Shown in pieces: positions 9,406 through 20,821 of a stretch of 64,000 nucleotides of DNA. A program made the translations under genes and the position numbers. The stretch spans positions 2,144,001 to 2,208,000 of the forward strand of contig CAUVXB020000002.1 in NCBI GenBank assembly GCA_963555825.3, given 5' to 3'. The notes below the pieces were generated by a model, which saw only the letters and a list, made by a program, of their open reading frames with translations, was not told the DNA's origin and ran no database searches. How positions within the stretch are numbered: the stretch's first letter is position 1; the number at the start of each line of letters is the position of its first letter. Source of the DNA: Alphaproteobacteria bacterium. GTDB taxonomy: Bacteria; Pseudomonadota; Alphaproteobacteria; JAAXGF01.

Positions 9406-10239
9406 CTAGTATCCTTTCGGCACGTAATCGAACCGCTGCATCTGCTCGCGGTGATGCGTAACGATCGTAGACACCTGCTCGGGTGTCAGAACCTCCTGCC
9501 ACTGGCCCTCCCGCCCCTCGCGGAAGAAGCGGGTAAACTTACTACGCTCGATAAATCCGTGTTTCTCTTCCTGCTTGCGCAATGCTCTGAATGATGAGTT
9601 CGCAATTGCCTTCTTCAACCGATTGCGTGGCGGTTTCAGACCCAGGAATTGAGCGATCCCACCAAACGTAGAAAGCGGTTTGGCGAGCAAATCTTCGTAG
9701 CGTACGACCATCAGGTTACGGACAGATTTTTGGGTCCAGCTCTTCACGTGGTTGGACCAAGAACTGAAGATTTGGCGCACATTTACATCCGTTGTCATAG
9801 TGCCCAGGTTTGGACTCGACATAGCCACAATGGTTTCGTCTATCGTCTGTCCGTAATGGCGAGAATAGGAAATTGTCACGTCGAGTGGATTGCGAACCAA
9901 ATAGATCGCGGCGACAGTATATTCTAAAGTAATCAATGGAACCCCCTCATCTTCTCCCAGGAAATTGTGAGTCTTGACAAATACAGAATCAGAAAACGAT
10001 CGCGTTAGCAGTTCATGAACTTTGGGACGGATCTCGGCGATTTCCTTGGGCGTCATTTCAGTGCATGGACGGGGGTCAAAATGATTGTAATAAGCCGCCG
10101 AGTCTTCACTTAAACAAAAATTGTTTAGTTGGTTAATATTTGCAGGCACATCAGGATTAAGTAAGAGATTGTGCAGGTACGCTCGCATCCAAGTATTTCC
10201 AGACTTGGGAAATGACGCAAGCCAGACTATATTACCCAT
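9406..10239 (-). CDS. PAPS-dependent sulfotransferase domain protein
   Basis: WLASFPKSGNTW (5'-PSB loop), VKTH, YLVRNPLDV.IS, RYEDL, FFREG. Alternative start at 10254. Confidence 0.9.
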   Translation of the reverse strand: MGNIVWLASFPKSGNTWMRAYLHNLLLNPDVPANINQLNNFCLSEDSAAYYNHFDPRPCTEMTPKEIAEIRPKVHELLTRSFSDSVFVKTHNFLGEDEGVPLITLEYTVAAIYLVRNPLDVTISYSRHYGQTIDETIVAMSSPNLGTMTTDVNVRQIFSSWSNHVKSWTQKSVRNLMVVRYEDLLAKPLSTFGGIAQFLGLKPPRNRLKKAIANSSFRALRKQEEKHGFIERSKFTRFFREGREGQWQEVLTPEQVSTIVTHHREQMQRFDYVPKGY

Positions 10240-10351
10240 ACGGCCCGTCCCCATCTTCCAATTTGCACCAGTCCACGGCGAGGGTCGCTAGTGAAAGTTC
10301 GATACTCACCACTCGACCAGCAGCTACGTGGTTTTATTTGCGGCATCCTGG

Positions 10352-12172
10352 TCAACTGCGAAAGCCAAAGAGAATCGTTACATTAATACGGCGGTTCTCG
10401 TAACCTTGCTTGAATCGGAACTTGTCGCTCTTGTGAAAGAGGTTGGAATTGAAGATTACAGCCCGATTCTGTCGGTACGGTATTGTAACTTTGTCACTTC
10501 CCTCAAGAAACGCAGCAACACTCTCTTGATTTTTATTGTATTTGTCAAAATTCCAATCTGACGGTGCCTCACGTTTGTATATGACGAGCCCGCCACTGTC
10601 TGGATCGAGATTCGCGTCGTCAGGCGTTATCCAGAAGTTTACATTTATGGCCGCCGCGTCGGCGTGAGTGGGAATGGCGCGCATTGTGCTATCATATTTG
10701 TACGCCCAGATTTGACGAAACTTGTGATCCCCGATTATCCCGGGAAACCCCTGCCTCAAAGATTCAACAATTTGGAACAACAGGCCGCAGCCGAAACCTT
10801 CGCTTAGGTATGCGCCGAGGTAACCACCACGGTCGTTGAAATCGTACCAAATGGTTGATTCGAGGCAAAACCGGCGCAACGCCTCGAATGCATCGCCCGC
10901 GATCAGATTGTCTACCACGGTCAGACCGGGTGCGTTGCCATGGAAATCGGCCTCAATAGCGGCATGATCGAGCTCGCCGTTAATTGGATCATCAGACATG
11001 GCCGGAGCATCAGCAGTGTGAACCAGCCTGTTGTAAGTGCCGCCGATCTCGCTCCTCTGTGTCGAATTCAACGGTATGACGGCGCCGTCCGGATGAGACG
11101 CAATGACCTCGGCGAGCACAGACTTGTACGCGTCGATTTCGGTAATGGACGAGGACGGCAGCAAGCCGCGGGAATCCAGGTACTCGAATTGCTCGATATC
11201 GTGCCGAAGTTTGTGCGCCGCGGTGAACCTGTACGTGCTGTATTGCTCCCGTTGCCCGGCCGATTCATGAGAACTCGGCTCCGTTGAGATGTCGCGCTTT
11301 AATTCCAGGCCCGTTTGGTAGCACCCAACCGCCTCGTCAAGATCGCCTCGGGTGAGCAGCGCCATGCCTAGATTGGTATGTCCGGCAGCAAATTCGGGCC
11401 TGATGGTTATCGATTTTCGCAGGCACTTCACGGCATCCTCGGTCTTGCCCAGACTCCTGAGCGCGGCGCCGAGATTGGAATATGTTATCGCGTCGTTGGG
11501 ATATAGCTCGACTACCCGCTTAAAATTCGCGACCGCCTTTTCTGGTTGACCTTGAGCCTGAAAAGTCATGCCTAAGGCTGAAATCGCACCGGCGAACTTG
11601 GGATTGATCTCGATTGCTCGTTCATAGGCGGCAACGGCGCGATCGTAATTGCCACGACCACGCCATGCATTACCGAGATTTGCGTGAGCCTCGGCAAAGT
11701 CAGGCTGAAACTCGATCGCCGTCTCCAATGCATCGACGGCTTCATCACGCTTGCCCAATGCATTAAGGGAGGCGCCTAGTGTGTTGAGCGCATCGGGGAG
11801 AACCTCCCTTAGGTCGAGTGCCCGACGGCATGCATCGATGGCATCCTCATAGTTGCCGACGGCTCGAAATGCCTCACCCAAATGGGAGTAAAGACTGGGC
11901 GATCGCGGGAGCTCAACAACCGCTCGGATCATAAGCTCCACCGCAAGGTCTAGCATTCCCTTTTGATAATAGAGAGCACCAAGCAGATGGAGACAGTTCC
12001 CATGCCGCGGTTCTTGCGCCAGTACTTTTTCGTATAGGGGCCTTGCTTCGTCCAGTCGTCCAGCCCGGTGATGACGCCAGGCGGCCTGAACGATTTGCGT
12101 GGGTGTCAATTCACCGGATTCGCTCAGAGCGTCTCCTTGGCCCAAATCAAAGCCGCCAGATGATTTTGTCAT
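10352..12172 (-). CDS. TPR-repeat protein with C-terminal 2OG-Fe(II) oxygenase-like domain
   Basis: About 8 TPRs, then WAYKYD...THAD..INVNFWITPD...LFH (HxD...H triad). Confidence 0.88.
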   Translation of the reverse strand: MTKSSGGFDLGQGDALSESGELTPTQIVQAAWRHHRAGRLDEARPLYEKVLAQEPRHGNCLHLLGALYYQKGMLDLAVELMIRAVVELPRSPSLYSHLGEAFRAVGNYEDAIDACRRALDLREVLPDALNTLGASLNALGKRDEAVDALETAIEFQPDFAEAHANLGNAWRGRGNYDRAVAAYERAIEINPKFAGAISALGMTFQAQGQPEKAVANFKRVVELYPNDAITYSNLGAALRSLGKTEDAVKCLRKSITIRPEFAAGHTNLGMALLTRGDLDEAVGCYQTGLELKRDISTEPSSHESAGQREQYSTYRFTAAHKLRHDIEQFEYLDSRGLLPSSSITEIDAYKSVLAEVIASHPDGAVIPLNSTQRSEIGGTYNRLVHTADAPAMSDDPINGELDHAAIEADFHGNAPGLTVVDNLIAGDAFEALRRFCLESTIWYDFNDRGGYLGAYLSEGFGCGLLFQIVESLRQGFPGIIGDHKFRQIWAYKYDSTMRAIPTHADAAAINVNFWITPDDANLDPDSGGLVIYKREAPSDWNFDKYNKNQESVAAFLEGSDKVTIPYRQNRAVIFNSNLFHKSDKFRFKQGYENRRINVTILFGFRS

Positions 12173-12370
12173 ATCGGTATCTATACCTTTTTATGTACAA
12201 ACATTGGTACGAACTTATCTACTCACGCATCCGCTGGTTAATCCGTTAAACAACGCGCTGAGCACAATGCTCGCACCACGTATTCATAGCAGACGAACCA
12301 TGCCGCTCTGAGCTGGTCCCACATTGTTGGACAGCTTGGCAGCGCAGTTAAGGTGTATTCCGGTTCCTGA

Positions 12371-13300
12371 TCATGCTGCCAAAATCGTGTTTATCACATC
12401 CTGCTGCTGTTGTTGAGCCTGTGGGGATGTGGGTAAGCCGTCAGGCTTATCCATCATATCCACGGGCTGCCCGGCGCCGTAGGCTTCCGCCGGCGTTTGA
12501 CCGCCGAGGGACGAATGGGGCCGCTCGGTGTTGTAGAAGTCGATCCACTCGCCGATGACCCGTTCGGCCGCGAAGCCGCCGGTCAGCTCGTGCAGGTAGA
12601 CCGCCTCGTATTTCAGCGACCGCCACAGCCGCTCGATGAAGATGTTGTCCATGCAGCGGCCGCGACCGTCCATGGAGATGCGCACGCCGGCGTTTTTGAG
12701 GACGCCGGTGAAGTCGAAGCCGGTGAACTGGCTGCCCTGGTCCGTGTTGGAGATTTCTGGGTTTCCGTAGTCGGCCAGCGCCGCATTCAAAGCGTCAATA
12801 CAGAACCTGGCGTCCATGGTGTTCGACAGCCGCCACGACAGGACATGGCGCGTCGCCCAGTCCATGATGGCGATCAGGTACAGGAAGCCACGCTGAACCG
12901 GGATGTAGGTGATATCGGCGCACCAGACCTGATTGGGTCGATCGATCTCAATCCCCTTGAGCAGATAAGGGTAAATCCGATGCGTCGGGTGCGGCGTGCT
13001 GGTTCGCGGCGCCTGATAGATGGCTTCCAGGCCCATGAGACGCATCAGGCGCCGCACACGATGACGGCCGACGCAAACGCCGTCCCGCCGCAACTGGCGG
13101 ACCATCTGGCGGCTGCCATAGAACGGATACTTCAGGAACAACTCATCGATGCGGCGCATCAGGGCCAAGTTCTCCGGGCTCTCCCCCTTGGGCGCGTAGT
13201 AGAAAGACGACCGGCTGATCGACAGAACCTTGCATTGCCGGCTCAAGCTCAGAGCGGGATGATCGCGCCGCATCATGGCCTTGCGTTCCCCCCGGCTCAT
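12371..13300 (-). CDS. IS3 transposase OrfB (rve integrase core)
   Basis: WCADITY, NTDQGSQFT, DNIFIERLWRSLKYE. Confidence 0.93.
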   Translation of the reverse strand: MSRGERKAMMRRDHPALSLSRQCKVLSISRSSFYYAPKGESPENLALMRRIDELFLKYPFYGSRQMVRQLRRDGVCVGRHRVRRLMRLMGLEAIYQAPRTSTPHPTHRIYPYLLKGIEIDRPNQVWCADITYIPVQRGFLYLIAIMDWATRHVLSWRLSNTMDARFCIDALNAALADYGNPEISNTDQGSQFTGFDFTGVLKNAGVRISMDGRGRCMDNIFIERLWRSLKYEAVYLHELTGGFAAERVIGEWIDFYNTERPHSSLGGQTPAEAYGAGQPVDMMDKPDGLPTSPQAQQQQQDVINTILAA

Positions 13301-13578
13301 CGCTTGAGCCCTCTGGCCAAAAAATCGTTGACCACGGTCAGCTCCCCTATCTTGGCGTGCAACTCCTTGATCTCGGACCCGTGATCCGAACGCGCCCGAT
13401 CTGCGCCACCCGAGAACACATCGCCAAGGCCATCAATCGCCTGACGCTTCCATGTGCTCACTTGGTTCGGATGAACCTTGTGCTTCGTCGCAATCTCCTG
13501 GATCGTCTTGTCGCCCCGCAGCGCTTCCAGCGCCACCCGCGCCTTGAAATCTGCCGTGAACCGGCGTCGTGTTACCAT
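13297..13578 (-). CDS. IS3 transposase OrfA
   Basis: FKARVALEA..HPNQVSTWK HTH and LHAKIGEL coiled coil. Confidence 0.9.
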   Translation of the reverse strand: MVTRRRFTADFKARVALEALRGDKTIQEIATKHKVHPNQVSTWKRQAIDGLGDVFSGGADRARSDHGSEIKELHAKIGELTVVNDFLARGLKR

Positions 13579-15070
13579 CGTCGTACTCCTCCATTATCTG
13601 GCGGAATACACCTTAGCAACCTGTCCGATTTTCCAGGACCAGCTCAGTAATCTCGATCGGGCTTGAAGCCGAAAAGCTCATAGGCTCGGATCAAAGTGCC
13701 AAACCGTCGCTGGTAGGACCCGCTTGACGGCATGCTTTCGGCTTCATCGATTACGAGGCCGGAGAGGTATCCGTGCTGCTCGAATAAGCGTTTGAGGCGC
13801 TCGAGCATTTCTTCCTCGGAGAACCGTCGATTTCGCTCTCGGATCATCCCCTGAGCGGTGTAGAACATCTGCGGGTCAATGACGGCCTCGAACACGCCAT
13901 CAGCCCGTATCCACATTTCGGGACTGTTCTCGACCCGCTTTTTCTTTAGCTTGAAGGAGCGGCGGTTATAGACGTTGTTGCCTATGTACTTCTCGTTGGT
14001 CAGAACCTGATGAACGGTTCCACGGGTCCAGGGTCGACCAAGGTCTGTCCTGCCACCTTGTTCGATTAGCGATGTCGCTATCTCGCTTTCGACCTTCCCG
14101 CCGTCGACAAATTGGCGATACATCCAGCGAACGATCTCGATTTCCTCATCAGGACCGGGAACCAGAATGACGCGGTCGGTTTGAAGGCTCTTGTGTTCAC
14201 CAAATTGGAGGATCCCTTGGGGAGCGCCGGTCTGGTCGATCCGCATTCGGCGTAGCCCATAGCCGGCCATGCCGCCTTGTCTAAACCCCAACTCGATGAG
14301 CCGGCACTGGCCGGCAAAGACTTTTGCAGATAGCTCCCGGCTGAATTCGCCGGCCATCGCGCGTTTGACGCCTTTGACGATCGTCGAGGCGGGACTGCCA
14401 TCGTTATCAAACTGCTCGGCGCAGTAATGGACGGAGATACCCTTCCGGCGGCATTTATACTCATAATAGGCACTTTCATCGGCATCCTGAAATCGCCCCC
14501 ATCGACTGATGTCATAGACTAGGATTACTTCGAACCTTGCCTATCCGGTTAACGCCCATGACCGCTACATGTAGGGTGCCGCCACTCTCCCGAGTAAAGC
14601 TCGGCATAGGTTGGAGCAGAGGTGTCGCCCGCGATGCCGAGCAATGAGCGGAAGGCGTTGAACGGGTAGAACCGCCTGTTGAAGCGGAAGGTGAACTCGT
14701 TGAGGTAGGCTTGTAGGTGCTGGTGGCTAACGCCGTGGTGGATACCGATCAGCCACGTCTTCAGGTTGGCGAAAACCAGATGGATGATCGGCAGGTATTG
14801 CTCGGCAACCTCTGGATCACCACACTCGGCAACAGCGAAGTGCTCATAGCCGCGCTTACCGAGGCCAGCATAGCCGCTCTGTCAATGGCGGAGCAAAAAG
14901 GGACCACCTCGGCGGTGTAAGAAGGGACCGCTTGGCGGCTGCGGGCTTGTCCCCGTAGTCCACGGGAGGGCCCCGCGCGCGACGCGGCGTGCCCTCAACA
15001 GGCTGACGCGGCGGCGCGCGCGGGAGGGACCTGTGGGCCCACGGGGTCAAGCGTGGGCTGGGTGGTCGGT

Positions 15071-15835
15071 TCAGTTAGCAGTCGGGGTTTGACGCCTGCG
15101 GCTCTGGTTGAGCCTGTAGCTGTCACCGTTCATCTCGAGGATGTTGACGTGGTGGGTGAGGCGATCGAGGAGCGCGCCGGTGAGGCGCTCGGAGCCGAAC
15201 ACCTCGGTCCATTCGTCGAAGGGCAGATTGGTGGTGACCAGGGTCGAGCCCCGCTCGTAGCGTTGGCTGAACACCTCGAACAACAGCTCGGCGCCGGTCT
15301 TCGACAGCGGCACGAAGCCGAGTTCGTCGACGATCAGAAGCTTGTAGGTGGCGAGCTTCTTCTGGAACCTCAGCAGCTGCTTGTCATCGCGGGCCTCGAT
15401 GAGTTCGTGGACCAGCGCGGCGGCGGTGATGAAGCCGACCGAGAGGCCCTTCTGGCAGGCCGCCAGGCCGAGACCGAGGGCGATGTGGGTCTTGCCGGTC
15501 CCACTGTTGCCGAGCGCGATGAGGTTCTCGCGGCGCTCGATGTACTCGCAGCGGGCCAGCTCCAGGACCAGCGCCTTGTTGAGCGAGGGGATGACCTTGA
15601 AGTCGAAGCTGTCGAGGCTCTTGACCACGGGGAAGCGCGCCGCCTTGATGCGCCGCTCGACCATGCGGCGCTCGCGGTCGATCAGCTCGAGCTCGGCGAG
15701 TCTCAACAGGTAGCGGACGTGATCGACGCCTTCCGAGGCGCACTGCCGGGCGATCTTGTCGTACTCGCGCAGGAAGGTCGGCAGCTTCAGCGTCTTGAGG
15801 TGGTGGGCGAGCAGCACTTGCGGTGTGTCGGTCAT
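15071..15835 (-). CDS. istB: IS21 helper ATPase
   Basis: Same protein as copies 1 and 2. Confidence 0.95.
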   Translation of the reverse strand: MTDTPQVLLAHHLKTLKLPTFLREYDKIARQCASEGVDHVRYLLRLAELELIDRERRMVERRIKAARFPVVKSLDSFDFKVIPSLNKALVLELARCEYIERRENLIALGNSGTGKTHIALGLGLAACQKGLSVGFITAAALVHELIEARDDKQLLRFQKKLATYKLLIVDELGFVPLSKTGAELLFEVFSQRYERGSTLVTTNLPFDEWTEVFGSERLTGALLDRLTHHVNILEMNGDSYRLNQSRRRQTPTAN

Positions 15836-17331
15836 GCGCCGAGCCCCGACAGCAGGCTCATGTACGACTTGGCGGACGTCATCGCGACCCGGGCGCGCGG
15901 CAGATACGGATAGACGTCGAGGTTGAGCCTGGGCGGCCGCCGCTCGATGCGGCACAGTACCAGGTGCTTCACCGCATCAAAGCCGATTGCGCCGAGCCGC
16001 AGGGCGTCGCCGACCGCACCCTCGACCTCCTCGAGCCGGAAGGTCTCCAGTAGACGGAGCACCTGGACGTACTCGCGCTTGCCTGCCTTGCCCATACGAG
16101 CTTCGAGGAGCCGCCGCAGAGTGATGAAGGCCTCGGGCAGGTCCCAGCCCGCCAATGGCGCGGCCTGGTCGAGGGCGCCGATCTTCTGCTCGATCAAGGG
16201 CAGGTAATGCAGCGGGTCGAAGATCAGGTCCTCGCTGTCGTAGGACCGGCGGTGCCGGGCGATCACCTCGGCCCCGCAGCTGATCACCACCTCATCGACG
16301 TAGCCCCGGATGAGCACCTCACGGTGGCCGTAGGCCACGGGCACGGAATAGTCGTTGCTGCGGTAACGCACCAGCGACAGCGAACTCGCCCGTCCAGGGC
16401 GCTTATCGCAGGCATCATAGGGAGCAGGCGGCAATGGCAAGAGAACTTGACGATCCCGCTCGAGACGCTCGCCGATGGTCTCCTTGTGGCCCCGCAGCCG
16501 CGCCGCCTGGCGCCGGCGGCACTGTTCGGCGAGAGCATCGTTGAGGGCCGCGAAGCTCTCGGCACGCGGGACGGGGACCAGGAAGTTCCGCCGGATGAAG
16601 CCGACCAGTCCCTCGACCTTGCCCTTGTCGTTGCCCTTGCCCGGCCGGCCGAACCTGTCCTCGAACAGATAGTGGGACTGAAGCTCCGTGAAGACGCGCG
16701 TTCGCTGCCGCTTCCCATCGCCCAGGATCCGGGCAACCGCCAGCTTGGTGTTGTCGTACAGGATGGATCGGGGGACGCCGCCGAAGAAGGCAAACGCCGC
16801 GTTGTGGCCATCGCAGAATGCTTCGGTCGTCTCCGCCGGATAGGCCGCAACAAAGCAACCATCACTGTGGGGAAGGTCGAAGGCAAGGAAGTGGATCTTC
16901 CGTAACGCGCCGCCGATCACCGCCATCGCTTCGCCGAAGTCCGCCTGGGCGTGACCGGGGGAATGGGAGAGTGGCACGAACACCTCACGCGACCGAAGCC
17001 CCTGCTCACGAACGTAGTCCTTCACGATGGTGTAGCCGCCCGTGAAACCGTACTCGTCCCGGAGGCGGTCGAAGATGCGCTTCGCAGTGTGCCGTTGCTT
17101 GCGGTGGCTGGTCCGATCGTCTTCCAAGATCCGATCGATGATTCCCGTGAACGGACCCAGCTTTGGCCGCCTCGGCGGCGCGCTTCGGCGATACCCTGGC
17201 GGCACCGAGAACGACAGCATCTTACGGACCGTCTTGCGGTCTACACCAAACACCCGCGAGGCCTCGCGGGTGCTCATCCCCTCGACATGACACGCCCGCC
17301 GAACCCGTGCGTACAACTCCACCCGATACAT
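15832..17331 (-). CDS. istA: IS21 DDE transposase
   Basis: Full-length, near-identical to 6488-7990. Confidence 0.95.
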   Translation of the reverse strand: MYRVELYARVRRACHVEGMSTREASRVFGVDRKTVRKMLSFSVPPGYRRSAPPRRPKLGPFTGIIDRILEDDRTSHRKQRHTAKRIFDRLRDEYGFTGGYTIVKDYVREQGLRSREVFVPLSHSPGHAQADFGEAMAVIGGALRKIHFLAFDLPHSDGCFVAAYPAETTEAFCDGHNAAFAFFGGVPRSILYDNTKLAVARILGDGKRQRTRVFTELQSHYLFEDRFGRPGKGNDKGKVEGLVGFIRRNFLVPVPRAESFAALNDALAEQCRRRQAARLRGHKETIGERLERDRQVLLPLPPAPYDACDKRPGRASSLSLVRYRSNDYSVPVAYGHREVLIRGYVDEVVISCGAEVIARHRRSYDSEDLIFDPLHYLPLIEQKIGALDQAAPLAGWDLPEAFITLRRLLEARMGKAGKREYVQVLRLLETFRLEEVEGAVGDALRLGAIGFDAVKHLVLCRIERRPPRLNLDVYPYLPRARVAMTSAKSYMSLLSGLGA

Positions 17332-17954
17332 CCCCCCCGCCTTCCAGTCAGAGCAACCCTGACAGAAGGCTATACGCGGTCCCATTTTGGTCCGCCGCAG
17401 CCGGATCGACCGGCCGCTTCAGTGGGGGATTATTGCTCTGCCGTTCTCACCGCTCCAATCGTCAGTAACGATCAGCGATCCCGGCGCGACGGTGCTCTCG
17501 ACGAACCCACAGAGCGACTCGGCGCTACGGTCGAGCACGACGGCGAGCCGAACGCGTCCGGCATAGCGTCCGTCTTTCCGGTTGTCGAGCTTGGTGCCCG
17601 GCTTTCGATGACGCACCTCGATGGCACAGGAGACGAGAACCTTGTGGTGAACACCACGGCCTTCCCCACGCGTTCGCCCGCCAACCCAGGTTTCGTCCAC
17701 CTCAACATGGTTCTTGGGCTGTCCACCGATCCTGTCTTGGTTGGGCCGCACCATGCCCGAGCGGAGCTTGTGGAGAATTTGAAAGGCCGTCTCGTAGCGC
17801 GAAAGACCAAGTTGCCGCTGAAACTGCACGGCGGACATGCCGGGCGTCTGACTGGCGACCAGATAAGCGGCCCAGAACCAGACGTTCAGCGGAGTGTGGC
17901 TACGCTCCATCACTGTTCCCACCGTCAGCCCGGTGTTCTGGCGGCACTTGCGGC

Positions 17955-19604
17955 GGGTGCGAGTCTCGTATGGCATTGATAGCAGCGGCTTCGTTCATTG
18001 AGTTCAGGCAGCGATGGCGATGACGGCACAGGGATTGATGTTGTCGTTGGCCGGTGTGTCGGTTGCGCCGATGATGGCCTTCCATGCCCGGTCGAAGCGA
18101 GCGGATTTGATCAGGGCGCGGAAGGTCAGCACAGCCTGCCCGCTGGCGATCCGCCAGCGCATGCCGGAGCGCTTCATGCGCTGGGTCACCAGGGTCTTGT
18201 TGGCCGCCTCGACGACGCCTGAGCCGATGGCGACGCCCTCTGCCTTCAGGGTGTGGTAGCGCATGCGCTGGCGGTGCTTGCGGAAGAAGGCGAGTTCCCG
18301 TTCGATCTCGGCCCGATCCGGCTTTGCGCTATCACGAAGGTGGCGCAACGCCCGGATCACCTTGTCGACGCCGCAGGGGTCGTGACGCAGAACCTCGCGG
18401 TACCTCTCGAACCAGTCGGAGGCCACCGCATGGTCGGATGCCGTTCGGAGATGTTCGCAGGCATGCCAGAAGTCGATGACCTCGGTTTCGGGCGACAGGG
18501 TCTCCAGGAAGGTCCAATTGTCGGCGGCGGCGTCGGCGATAGCGACGATCCTGACGTCGGGGCGCAGCTGCCTGATATGTGCGACTTCGCTTGCGAGCTG
18601 CGCCTTCAGTGTGACCTTGCCGCTCTCCGGCATGCGGCCGAGATAGATGGTCTTCAGACGCTCGCCCCTGGCGTCGTGGAAGGAAACCGTGCCGCAGGCG
18701 GCCTCGCGCCAGGAGGCCTCGGCACGGCCGTCCTCGCCGGCCCGCAGCGGCACCATGACGCCGTCGAGCGACACCGAGGCGCTGTGACCGCCTCGTGCGG
18801 TACGCCCTCGGCGTCACGGATGCTGTCCAGCGTCTCGGGGCCGAGGGTCTCCCAGCGCTCGTGCATGGTCCGTGTCAGGCGCTGCAGGGTGCTCACCGAC
18901 GGCGTCATGGCGCCGGTCTTCGCAAAGAACGCCGCCGCTTCCCGCGCCGTGCAGTGACCCATCATCAGCAGACCGAGCTGAGCCGCCGGCCGCGTCAGGT
19001 AATCGTCGACGAGACCCAGGCTCTCGTCGACCGGCACCGGCGATGACCCGCTTGCGCCGCTACGGTAACGGGCACGCCGGTAGGTCAGCGGACCGAGCGA
19101 GGTCATGATCGTCTTCGCCGTCACCGCGACCCGGAACCAGCTCTGCCCGTCCCGCTCGATCCGGGACGCGCCGTCGTCCCGCTTCTCGATGACGGCGCCC
19201 AGAAGCTCACAAGCGAGCGCGTTCATGGTCTCACGCACCCGCAACTCAGCCTCCTCGAACGCCTCGGGACACGGGTCCGAGCGAAACTGCTCGTGACAGA
19301 CTGCGACCACCTGGGCGACCGCCTCGGCGACCCGGGCAGGCACGCCGGAAAGATCGATGGACGAGGGTGCCGGAGAGCGGGATACTGACATGGGAACGCT
19401 CCTGATGTTGGGCTTCTCCACACAGCATCCTACCGTCTCTTGCGGTACGGAGCGTCCCCACCTTCCCCCGCTCGGCCCTGCCGGCGTGACAAAATCCTCC
19501 CCTGGGATGGCCGATTGTCACGAAACCCCGTTTCCGGCCGTCCGTTTCGACAGCGAAATCGCGCTACTTCAATAACTTACGTTTGCCACACCAGACCCAC
19601 ACCC
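17955..19604 (-). mobile_element. ISKra4-family element
   Basis: Imperfect TIRs GGGTGCGAGTCTCGTATGGCA / GGGTGTGGGTCTGGTGTGGCA. 8-bp duplication CTTGCGGC (17947-17954, 19605-19612). Confidence 0.88.
18004..19421 (-). pseudogene. ISKra4-type transposase with a frameshift near 18780
   Basis: SLDGVMV, IADAAADNW, IDFWHACEHL, IGSGVVEAANK, RMKRSGMRW, spread over two overlapping frames. Confidence 0.82.
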
Positions 19605-20355
19605 CTTGCGGCAGCGCAGGACGCCAGGGCGGTTTTCAAAGTGGAACGGCTCTCCCGCCGTGCCGCAGTGCGGGCAGGCAAAGCCGTCTCCCCAGCGGGC
19701 TTTCTCCAGGTAGGCGGCGCAGGCCGCATCATCGGGGAAAAGTCGCTGGAACTCGGGTAGCGAATGCGGGAATGGGAGATCGGCGCGGTCGAGAACATCC
19801 ATGGCGCGCTCCCCTATATCCGGTTTGCGCCCATTCTAGCCCTAGTGGGTGTGGGTGTAAACCGGATAGGCAAGGTTCGAACCCCGTGTCACCGCCTTCG
19901 ACATCGTCAATGAGTTGCCTGAGTGCTTTCCTCCCCTCAATCTTCAGACCACTCTTTCCAGCGTCTGTATATGTCTTGACGATTTCCATGTCATGCAGCT
20001 CTGCGTACCTCTGGATGGCATCGGACTGGTTTTCGGTCGAGTATATTTGATGCTCTGTGGACATCCGAACGTATTCGGCGGCCCGGAACTTCCTGGTTTC
20101 CGTGTCGTCAGTGATCTCCCGTCCTCGGTCTGACTGTTCGATCAACTTGCTTTCCCTACCAACACGCTCTCGCGCCGCCAATTGCAGGCTTGACCCTGCC
20201 TTTTCGAAACGAAAGGGACGTTCGACCGGCTGGTGATCTTCTTCGTGTTTTCAAACCTTAGACACGGAGATCAGGAATGTCCTTTCGTAAAAAGGGCCGA
20301 AAATTTCGGCCCATTTCCGTAAAAAACTTTTCCGAAACCATCTGATAGAGCTGGG

Positions 20356-20682
20356 GTGAGTGACGAGTATGATTTCACCGCCGTTATCGCTGAGACGTTA
20401 CGGGATGCTCTTGGCGGCAGCCGCATGGCCATCAAAACGGTGATGGCGTACACAGGCGCCGGCGAACGCGCGGTCAAGAACTGGTTTGAGGCCAAGAACG
20501 GTCCAAACGGTGAAAACCTGATTGAACTTGTCCGCCACTCAGACGAGGTCCTAGAGGCGTTCCTGCGAATGTCTGGCCGAGAAGAAATCCTAACGGCGAA
20601 AAAGCTGGTAGATGCTCGCAGCACATTGGTCGAGATGTTGAAAACCATCGACCAGCTACAAGGCAGCGACCCGCCTGGATAG
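20356..20682 (+). CDS. Small HTH-like protein divergent from the serine recombinase
   Basis: AIKTVMAYTGAGERAVKNWFEAKNGPNGENLIEL resembles an XRE-like helix-turn-helix. Located at the island end. Confidence 0.7.
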   Translation: MSDEYDFTAVIAETLRDALGGSRMAIKTVMAYTGAGERAVKNWFEAKNGPNGENLIELVRHSDEVLEAFLRMSGREEILTAKKLVDARSTLVEMLKTIDQLQGSDPPG

Positions 20683-20821
20683 TCGTTGAGCGTTTAGCGA
20701 GTGGTTGGTCGCACGCGCACGGTGCATCTATCACGATCAACCCGCCAGCCGACGGTAGCTGAACAAGCGTGTATAGAAGTTTAGCGCTTGTTCTCCGTTA
20801 CCACATTGTTATTATTAAGGT

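Larger units (their letters stand above)
12309..13646 (-). mobile_element. IS3-family element
   Basis: Inverted ends TGAGCTGGTCC...GGACCAGCTCA with orfA and orfB. No target duplication. Confidence 0.93.
14880..17449 (-). mobile_element. IS21-family element, copy 3 (intact)
   Basis: TG...CA ends with a perfect 6-bp target duplication CCGCTC (14874-14879, 17450-17455). Confidence 0.96.
14549..19802 (-). pseudogene. IS1595 transposase in three pieces
   Basis: Zn ribbon CPHCG...CRK|CR, VEVDETWVGG, IVTDDWSG|Y, HLQAYLNEFTFRFNRR. Pieces at 19605-19802, 17450-17954 and 14549-14879. Confidence 0.9.
14535..19875 (-). mobile_element. IS1595-family element carrying nested IS21 and ISKra4
   Basis: TIRs CCTTGCCTATCCGGTT(A/T)AC at both ends. 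TTCGAA(CC) is duplicated on both sides. Confidence 0.9.
13644..20181 (-). pseudogene. Large serine recombinase (island integrase), split by IS1595 and cut at its 3' end by IS3
   Basis: YVRMSTEHQ (catalytic Ser), YTDAGKSG, DTGFE|VILVYDISRWGRFQD, AGEFSRELS and recombinase-domain WTRGTVHQVLTNEKYIG. Parts at 19876-20181 and 13644-14534. Confidence 0.9.

Noticed and set aside
6371-17449. IS21 copies 2 and 3 as a composite transposon carrying the sulfotransferase and TPR genes
   Set aside because: Each copy has its own target duplication inside a different older IS, so they inserted independently.
18760-18800. ISKra4 frame change as programmed frameshifting
   Set aside because: No slippery heptamer or A-run is visible, so mutation or sequencing error is more likely.
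19871-19890. GGTTCGAACCCC resembles a tRNA T-arm or a tRNA att site
   Set aside because: It is the IS1595 end plus duplicated recombinase codons (DTGFE). No cloverleaf is present.
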